Assembly: GCA_041648255.1 (NCBI GenBank)
Contig: JBAZPJ010000006.1
Coordinates: 1-21,073, forward strand
Source of the DNA: Candidatus Nanoarchaeia archaeon
GTDB lineage: Archaea > Nanobdellota > Nanobdellia > SCGC-AAA011-G17 > GW2011-AR18
Length of the DNA stretch: 21,073 nucleotides
Direction of reading: 5' to 3'
This document shows positions 14,785 to 21,073 of this stretch, one piece after another. The position numbers and the translations under genes are program-made. The notes beneath the pieces were generated by a model. It worked only from the letters and a program-made list of their open reading frames with translations, searched no databases and was not told the DNA's origin. Position 1 is the first letter of the stretch, and every line of letters starts with the position of its first letter.

Positions 14785-16216
14785 CCTCATCTTACTTTTT
14801 ATCTTTATCGCACTTTTTCGATTAAGTTTTACTTTAACCCAAGACACCTACAGCACTAGCGACGCTTATTTTCATGAACGAGTTATCACTCACTTAGTTG
14901 AAGAAAAAAACTTCTTAACCTACGACTCCTTTAGCTACGGCGGAAGAGAATTAGTGTACCCTCCTTTCTTTTACTTCTTAATGGCACTTCTCAGCCTTGG
15001 CTCTTCATTCTTATTAAAAATCTTACCAGAACTCTTCTTCGCAGCAACAGTCTTTCCCGCCTACCTCCTCTCCTATGAAATTTCAAGAAACAAATGGGCC
15101 GCACTCGCAGGAGCAACATTCTTTAGTTTTCTTCCCTTATTCTTATGGGAAACAACTAATTCTTTAAGTCCAGATAGTTTATTCATTCCTTTACTCTACT
15201 TAGGATTATACGCCTTTCTCCATTTAGAAAATCGCAATCACTTCTGGATATTCATGATCATTGCATTCATCCTTCCGTTCACCAGTGAGAAAGCGTACTT
15301 ACTTCCCCTAGCCTTATTATTTTATTTTTTTCTCCAAGCAGGAGGAGCTCTCAACGCGTCTAAACTAGAAAAAGAAGCAACACTCTTCAGCATCCTCTCC
15401 CTCGTCTTTGTCTCTTTACTCCTCTACAAAAAAGCATTCCTCGCTTATGGCTTAGGATTCATCTGGCAAAACATTCCCAATGTCCTCTTATCCGAAACCT
15501 ATCGCCCCTTTACCAGCTTAGAATTAATCTTAACTGCTGGATTACTTCCTTTACTCTTAGGCGGAGCATCCCTCTACTTTGGAATTAATAAAGAAAAAAA
15601 CAAACCCGTCTTTGTCGTCAGCGGACTTACCTTAGCGGTCTTAACACTTCTCCTCTTTAGATTATTACCCGCCTCAACAGGATTACTTTACTTTAGTATG
15701 GCACTCGCATTACTGTCTTCCTTAGCATTACACAAAGTCTACCTCTATTTACAAAAAACAAAATTCAGTAACCTCAGTAAGTATTTTGTCGGACTTGTCG
15801 GACTTTTAATTATCTTAACAATTTTACTTCCCGCCTACACCCAACTTACCCGACTAGAAGCAGTACCAAAAGACACTATTGTTGATCTTACTAGAATCAA
15901 CGAACTTACCTCTCCAGACGCAACAGTCTTAGGTAATTTACAAGAAGGTCACTTAATCACTTCATTAAGCAAAAGAAAAAATGTCCTTGACACAACCTTC
16001 TTACTCGCACCAGCACCAGTAGAACGCCTCAAAGACGTTCAAGCAATCTACACCACATGGAGCCAAGCAAAAGCACTAGAATATATTCACAAATATAACA
16101 TCACCGCAATTTATTTATCTCCAGAAACAGAACGATTATATGGGATTAAAGAATTAACATATGCAACACCACCCTGCTTTACCCACAAAGGAGGCATCAC
16201 CCTTGTCAGCTGTTAA
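14765..16216 (+). CDS. polytopic GT-C fold membrane glycosyltransferase, divergent STT3/AglB-like
   Basis: About 12-13 TM segments. The first-loop motif SDAYFHERVI...YGGRELVYPP resembles the STT3/AglB D-x-Y-(F/Y)-H-x-R loop. The C-terminal soluble part aligns in layout with the WWDYG region but reads VLGNLQEGHLITSLSKRKNVLDTTF...NITAIYL. The start overlaps the scpB end by 20 nt. Confidence 0.5.
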   Translation: MNTKRLSLILLFIFIALFRLSFTLTQDTYSTSDAYFHERVITHLVEEKNFLTYDSFSYGGRELVYPPFFYFLMALLSLGSSFLLKILPELFFAATVFPAYLLSYEISRNKWAALAGATFFSFLPLFLWETTNSLSPDSLFIPLLYLGLYAFLHLENRNHFWIFMIIAFILPFTSEKAYLLPLALLFYFFLQAGGALNASKLEKEATLFSILSLVFVSLLLYKKAFLAYGLGFIWQNIPNVLLSETYRPFTSLELILTAGLLPLLLGGASLYFGINKEKNKPVFVVSGLTLAVLTLLLFRLLPASTGLLYFSMALALLSSLALHKVYLYLQKTKFSNLSKYFVGLVGLLIILTILLPAYTQLTRLEAVPKDTIVDLTRINELTSPDATVLGNLQEGHLITSLSKRKNVLDTTFLLAPAPVERLKDVQAIYTTWSQAKALEYIHKYNITAIYLSPETERLYGIKELTYATPPCFTHKGGITLVSC

Positions 16217-17615
16217 CACTAAACACGTAGTACTCTGCTTAGGAATCTTTACTCTTCTCTTCTTAACCCTCTTTTTTATTCGAGAATACACTTCTCCTGG
16301 CACATTCTTAGGAAAAGAAACTTATGCTAATTTACGACTAGCAGAAAGCATTGCAGAAAAAGGATGGATCCAGCAAGATGAATTAAGCTATGGATCACGC
16401 CCTTTGATTACAGAGAAGGGGTTTCCGTTTATTCTCAGCCTCGCTCCCGCACCACTCGCACGCTGGCTTCCCTTCTTTATTGGCCTCGCAAGCATCTTTA
16501 TTTTTTATCTGATTATGATTAAAGTAAAACACGAATACGCTTTCCTCTCAACTTTACTTTTAGTACTCAACCCTGCAACACTTTACTTATACAGCACCGC
16601 ACAAAAATACAGCATCGCACTCTTCCTCGTTCTTTTAGCACTTTATTTTTTATTAGAAGAAAAACATTTTAGTTCCCTCTTAACCCTCCTCTTCCTTCCT
16701 CTTTTTAGTGTAGGAATATCCTTTTTCGTTTTACTCTTCGCATTACTCGCACGCTATAAGAAAAAAATAACAACAACATACCTAACCACATTAGCTCTTT
16801 CTCTTTTATTACTTACACTTTTATTCAATCCAACACCCTTCAAACTTGGACTGGCAGAATTTCCCACTTTTAACACACCAGACATCGGACTATCCTTCTT
16901 ACAATACGGATTCCTTTCTGACCTTGGCGGAGAATTTGGATTTGCCACCTTCTTCTTCCTACTCACCCTCCTAGGATTTTATTTCTTAAGCAAAGAAACA
17001 CACCACCTCTTCTTTTCTTTTCTCACCCTTCTTCTTAGCTTCTTCCTTGTCGCCTACTTTCCCTTCCTCCTTTACGCCCTTATCTTTTTAGCAGCACCCT
17101 TAGCAGCAAGCACCTTAATACACCTCAAACAACGAGACTGGAAAAGTATTAACTTCAAAACATTCACCATTCTTCTCATCTGGTGCGGATTACTCTTCAG
17201 TACAGTTTCTTATCTTCACCAAGCTTCAGCATTTCAACCAACTGCATCCACCCTGGACGCATTAACCTTTCTCAAACAACAACCTGGAGAAGAAGTTGTC
17301 CTAAGCAACTACGAAAATGGAGTCTTCTTTACCTACGCCGGAAAACAAAACGTTCTTGACCACCACTTCTGGTACGCACCACAACTCAACCAACGCTGGA
17401 AGGATACTCAGACCCTCTTCCACACCCAAGACCTCGCAACAGCAAAAAGCATTCTTAATAAATACGATGTTACCTATATTTATGTAGATAAAACAATGAA
17501 ACAAGAACTTTGGCCAAACGGAGAAACAGAATTCCTCTTCCTCCTAACCTACAGCCCCAAACTTTTTAGCAATATTTATCATAACGAAGAGGTTGACATC
17601 TACTTAGTCTACTAA
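16161..17615 (+). CDS. polytopic GT-C fold membrane protein, paralog of the preceding STT3-like gene
   Basis: Same architecture as 14765-16216. First loop ETYANLRLAESIAEKG...SYGSRPL. C-terminal VVLSNYENGVFFTYAGKQNVLDHHF...DVTYIYV. The ATG at 16161 overlaps the upstream gene by 56 nt, and no alternative canonical start appears before the first TM helix. Confidence 0.5.
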   Translation: MQHHPALPTKEASPLSAVNTKHVVLCLGIFTLLFLTLFFIREYTSPGTFLGKETYANLRLAESIAEKGWIQQDELSYGSRPLITEKGFPFILSLAPAPLARWLPFFIGLASIFIFYLIMIKVKHEYAFLSTLLLVLNPATLYLYSTAQKYSIALFLVLLALYFLLEEKHFSSLLTLLFLPLFSVGISFFVLLFALLARYKKKITTTYLTTLALSLLLLTLLFNPTPFKLGLAEFPTFNTPDIGLSFLQYGFLSDLGGEFGFATFFFLLTLLGFYFLSKETHHLFFSFLTLLLSFFLVAYFPFLLYALIFLAAPLAASTLIHLKQRDWKSINFKTFTILLIWCGLLFSTVSYLHQASAFQPTASTLDALTFLKQQPGEEVVLSNYENGVFFTYAGKQNVLDHHFWYAPQLNQRWKDTQTLFHTQDLATAKSILNKYDVTYIYVDKTMKQELWPNGETEFLFLLTYSPKLFSNIYHNEEVDIYLVY

Positions 17616-17618
17616 CAA

Positions 17619-18866
17619 ATGGAACTCTTACAAATCCTCGTCTTAGTAGCCTTTTACCTCTCACTCTACTTCATCACCTTCTGGCTCTTAACCTTCTTTG
17701 AAAAAGGAATCCTCACAGAAGAAAAAGAATTAACCCATTTTCCTAAAGTAACCGTAGCACTACCCGTCTATAACGAAGAAAAAAACGTAGCAAAAAGTAT
17801 CCTTTCCGTCTTAGCCCTCGATTATCCCGCCAATAAACTCCAAATTATTGTCGTAAACGATGGATCAAAAGACAATAGCCTTTCAGTTATCAAACAACTT
17901 ATCAAAGAACACCCCCAAAAAAATATCTTACTCATTGATCAAAAAAATGCAGGAAAAGGAGCAGTACTCAACACCGCACTTAGGCGTGCTACGGGAGAAT
18001 ACTTCGTTTGTTTAGATTCAGATTCAGAAATTTCTAGCGACGCATTAAAAAAAATGCTCCCCCACTTTACAGACGATGTCGCAGTTGTCCTACCTTTAAT
18101 GAAAGTACGCACTCCCACAACCATCTTACAAAAACTCCAATGGTGCGAATACCTCCTCAACTTTTTTTACAAATCCTTAATGGCAGCAATCAACTGCGTC
18201 CACGTCGCACCAGGACCATTCAGTGTCTACAAGAAAAAAATCTTAAAAGAAGTTGGAGGATTTGCTGTAGATAACTTAACTGAAGACTTTGAAATCACTT
18301 TAAAAATTCAAAAAAAACATTACAAAATCATCCAACTCCTCAATACAACAGTTTACACTGGAACACCACACACTTTCAAAGGAATCATCAAACAACGAAA
18401 CAGATGGTACAAAGGAACCTTACTAAACTTATTCACCTACAAAAACATGATCTTCAACAAAAAATATGGAGACTTCGGATTATTACAACTACCCCGCGTC
18501 TTATTATCCGGATTCTTAGCAGTCACCTTTATCGGATTAACAGGATGGAGATTCATCCTCAAACCCCTCTTACAACGAATAAACAACTGGAGCAGCATCA
18601 ACTTTGACTTCTCCGTCTTCTTAAAAAACCTCCAATTTAATTTCACCTGGTTCGACTTAAATTTCACCAACCTCTTCTTTGCAATTATCAGTTTAATCCT
18701 CTCCTTAACGATTATCAATTATGCCTATCACTACACAAAAGAAAAAGTATTCAGATACGGATTTATCTCAGTACCGATCTACATCCTGGCCTATGGATTA
18801 CTCGCCTCATTTGTATGGCTCACTGTCTTTGTAGATTTAATCAGAGGAAAACGACAACGATGGTAG
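17619..18866 (+). CDS. processive family-2 glycosyltransferase (PgaC/NodC/cellulose-synthase-like)
   Basis: Motifs in the expected order: VALPVYNEE, VVNDGSKDNS, CLDSDSE (DxD), TEDFEITLK (TED), QRNRWYKG (QxxRW). TM helices lie before and after the catalytic domain. Confidence 0.85.
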   Translation: MELLQILVLVAFYLSLYFITFWLLTFFEKGILTEEKELTHFPKVTVALPVYNEEKNVAKSILSVLALDYPANKLQIIVVNDGSKDNSLSVIKQLIKEHPQKNILLIDQKNAGKGAVLNTALRRATGEYFVCLDSDSEISSDALKKMLPHFTDDVAVVLPLMKVRTPTTILQKLQWCEYLLNFFYKSLMAAINCVHVAPGPFSVYKKKILKEVGGFAVDNLTEDFEITLKIQKKHYKIIQLLNTTVYTGTPHTFKGIIKQRNRWYKGTLLNLFTYKNMIFNKKYGDFGLLQLPRVLLSGFLAVTFIGLTGWRFILKPLLQRINNWSSINFDFSVFLKNLQFNFTWFDLNFTNLFFAIISLILSLTIINYAYHYTKEKVFRYGFISVPIYILAYGLLASFVWLTVFVDLIRGKRQRW

Positions 18867-19519
18867 AACGAGTAATCAGTAAAAAAAGATACTTCATCGC
18901 ATTTCTTTTAACTACCGGAATATTTGTTATCGGATTACTCTTAGGCGCAGTCCTCACAGAATCAAAATTCACAGAACTCAAAGACTTACAACAAGACTTA
19001 CGAATCCAACTCGCAAGCTATGATATCCAAGCATTACTTGTCCAAGAAAATCCTTGTAAATTCAAAGACGTGGATGGCATTGTTGTAGAATTAGGATCAC
19101 TTGCAAACAGACTAACCGCAATGGAAGATCAATTAGGAAAACAAGATCCAGACGTCCTAAAACTTAAAGAATATTATTCTCTCCTTGAATTAAGACACTG
19201 GCTGTTTTTAAAGAAACTTAACGAACAATGCGGAACAGACTATCGCCTCCTCCTCTACTTCTACTCTTCAGATGAAAAAACTTGTCCGGACTGTGAAAGC
19301 CAAGGATACATCTTAAGTTACCTTCGTGCAAAATATCCAAACGTACGTGTTTATTCTTTTGATGCGGATTTAGACGATCCTGCTCTTAATGCACTTAAAT
19401 CAATTTATGCTGTTAAAACCTCACCGAGCATTACTCTTGATGATACTCTTTATACTGGATTTCAATCAAAAGAACAACTTGAAACGAAACTTAGTACTAC
19501 GCGGTATCTTGCCAAATAA
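18860..19519 (+). CDS. membrane-anchored thioredoxin-like protein (CxxC)
   Basis: The likely start is ATG 18860, overlapping the GT2 stop (ATGGTAG); the ORF track starts at 18815. One N-terminal TM helix (YFIAFLLTTGIFVIGLLLGAVL). Thioredoxin-like core LLLYFYSSDEKTCPDCESQ...VRVYSFD...SPSITLDD. Confidence 0.6.
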   Translation: MVERVISKKRYFIAFLLTTGIFVIGLLLGAVLTESKFTELKDLQQDLRIQLASYDIQALLVQENPCKFKDVDGIVVELGSLANRLTAMEDQLGKQDPDVLKLKEYYSLLELRHWLFLKKLNEQCGTDYRLLLYFYSSDEKTCPDCESQGYILSYLRAKYPNVRVYSFDADLDDPALNALKSIYAVKTSPSITLDDTLYTGFQSKEQLETKLSTTRYLAK

Positions 19520-19555
19520 TCTAAAAAACTACTTCTTTCCTGGGGACCCTATACT

Positions 19556-21025
19556 TCATTTTTTAAAAAAACTGAGGAGAAAATCTATTACTCTCATCTT
19601 AAATGGTGAAAATTCAGAAACTCCTAAAACAGAGCTTTTGGAGGGATTATAGCGATATACAATAATTTCCTCGGTTTCTTTTATTTTTTTAAATTCTTTT
19701 TTTGAATCCAGCCATTCTTGAGCAGGGTATTTTTTAACTTCTTTATAAAAAACAAAAAATCCACTTTCTCTCATGTTTGCAGGATACCATCTATAAAACT
19801 CTTCACCCCCATATACTGTTTTAATCTTTAAATTTGTATAATAACCATACACGGGATACTCGTGATTTGCATAAATCACTCTGTCCGTTTCGTTCAATGA
19901 AACTAGATACTCTGAAATCTCCTGTGCTGGACTTTCATACGCATTTATGAACGGCTGATTAACCCCGAATAATTCTTTTACTTTTTCTCCATCAGGTAAT
20001 TGATAGAATCCTAATAGCACTATACTGATTATGACCAAAGATTTCATTAAAAGTTTCTTTGTTTCAAAAAACTCTACAAATCCTCTTGCAGAAATTAAAA
20101 ATAAGGGGACAGTGATTGGAAGAATATACCTCAACTCTTTATGGGGAGTTATCGAAACATAAGCTAAAAAAATTAAAATCCAACTAACTAAAACCGTGTC
20201 TAACCAGCTTCTCTTTTTGTAAACAATAATTAAATAGGGAATAACCCCTAATAAGATCATTAATGGATAAACCTTTGAGAGGTTTGCAATGTAAAAAAAA
20301 ATATTTCCAACTTGATCAGAAACAGCAGAATTTGCCCTTATGAAAGGAATTAAGAAAAAACCAAATTTTAATTGTGCCCACAGCAGGTAAGGAAAGAGCA
20401 CTGCTGAAAAAGCTAGCAAAATATGTCTTATTTTCTGTAAAGATATTTTCTTGACTAATATATATATTATAAACACACTTATCAAAATTAATTGTGTAAA
20501 CCGCGTTAGAATTGCTATTCCTAAAAAAAATCCGGACAGAAGGTACCATTTCTTACTTTCTATCTTTGAAGCTTTAATGAGACAGTAAAACGCTACTGCA
20601 AAAAAAACAAGGCTCGGAACATCAGTCATAATCGAATGAGCCTGCCTTACTATAAAAGAAGTAAATCCGAAAAATGCTGCAGCTAAAAGACCCACTTTCT
20701 TTCCACTAATTTCTTTTCCAAGAAAGTACATCATTAACGTTCCAAGCATGCCTATTAATCCAACAATTATATCTGCAGCGAACACATGATGTTTGAATAA
20801 GAAACCGAATGCAAAAAGCATCGATAAAATTGGGGGTCTTAACTGAAACTCATCATAATTTTCTTTTCCAGAAAAAATAACCTCTGCATGCTGTAAATAT
20901 ACTGTCTCATCCCACCAATAGGAAGTCCGCAAAGGCCAAAGAATAAGAATAAAATTCGTTACAAGAATAAATCCTAATAAAAAATATAATGCTGCTTTCT
21001 TCTTATCTATCTTCTTCACATCCAT
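19556..21025 (-). CDS. GT-C fold glycosyltransferase, ArnT/PMT_2 (GT39/GT83-like)
   Basis: About 11-12 TM segments. The first periplasmic loop YWWDETVYLQHAEVI...LRPPILSMLF matches the DE/hPPL signature of the ArnT/PMT_2 family. C-terminal soluble domain present. Confidence 0.7.
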   Translation of the reverse strand: MDVKKIDKKKAALYFLLGFILVTNFILILWPLRTSYWWDETVYLQHAEVIFSGKENYDEFQLRPPILSMLFAFGFLFKHHVFAADIIVGLIGMLGTLMMYFLGKEISGKKVGLLAAAFFGFTSFIVRQAHSIMTDVPSLVFFAVAFYCLIKASKIESKKWYLLSGFFLGIAILTRFTQLILISVFIIYILVKKISLQKIRHILLAFSAVLFPYLLWAQLKFGFFLIPFIRANSAVSDQVGNIFFYIANLSKVYPLMILLGVIPYLIIVYKKRSWLDTVLVSWILIFLAYVSITPHKELRYILPITVPLFLISARGFVEFFETKKLLMKSLVIISIVLLGFYQLPDGEKVKELFGVNQPFINAYESPAQEISEYLVSLNETDRVIYANHEYPVYGYYTNLKIKTVYGGEEFYRWYPANMRESGFFVFYKEVKKYPAQEWLDSKKEFKKIKETEEIIVYRYNPSKSSVLGVSEFSPFKMRVIDFLLSFFKK

Positions 21026-21073
21026 AATCTTTAAAACCTTTCTCCTCTCTTGAGTATCTCCGAAGAGGCTTCT

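Noticed and set aside
1-21073. CRISPR arrays, rRNA genes, integrases, transposases and cas genes.
   Set aside because: No regularly spaced direct repeats, no rRNA-like conserved stretches and no ORFs with recombinase or transposase motifs were seen on either strand.

Overview
This is a low-GC, tightly packed archaeal window. The archaeal call rests on several features:
- an archaeal-type ValRS translationally coupled to an aRF1 release factor;
- ScpB;
- prepilin-like (class III) signal peptides;
- TATA boxes about 25-30 nt upstream of start codons;
- bulge-helix-bulge (BHB) tRNA introns.

The compact proteins suggest a small-genome, DPANN-like lineage, but that is inference only.

Layout:
1. 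1-7.3 kb is an accessory-looking block. It holds membrane and secreted proteins, a Bro-N protein, a pilin-like protein and two free-standing LAGLIDADG endonuclease genes.
2. 7.3-11.5 kb is housekeeping: a GT-A-like gene, valS and aRF1.
3. 11.5-14.2 kb holds a Cys-rich secreted protein, a wHTH-nucleotidyltransferase/HEPN pair with a palindromic operator, and a decayed ORF.
4. 14.2-21 kb holds scpB and a surface-glycan cluster: two divergent STT3-like GT-C proteins, a processive GT2 synthase, a membrane thioredoxin-like protein and an ArnT/PMT-like GT-C protein.

The most interesting signal is not in the ORF track. The only GC-rich island (6214-6356, minus strand) folds into a textbook tRNA-Phe(GAA), but only after three short introns at non-canonical positions are removed. 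Two of these introns sit in perfect helix-BHB-helix motifs. This tRNA is bracketed by the two LAGLIDADG genes, and the upstream one overlaps it antisense. That LAGLIDADG gene sits in a ~1 kb segment flanked by an 11-nt direct repeat of the tRNA 3' end. The segment starts with a ~75-nt promoter module that is also found upstream of the Bro-N gene. No CRISPR array, rRNA gene or integrase/transposase was seen.
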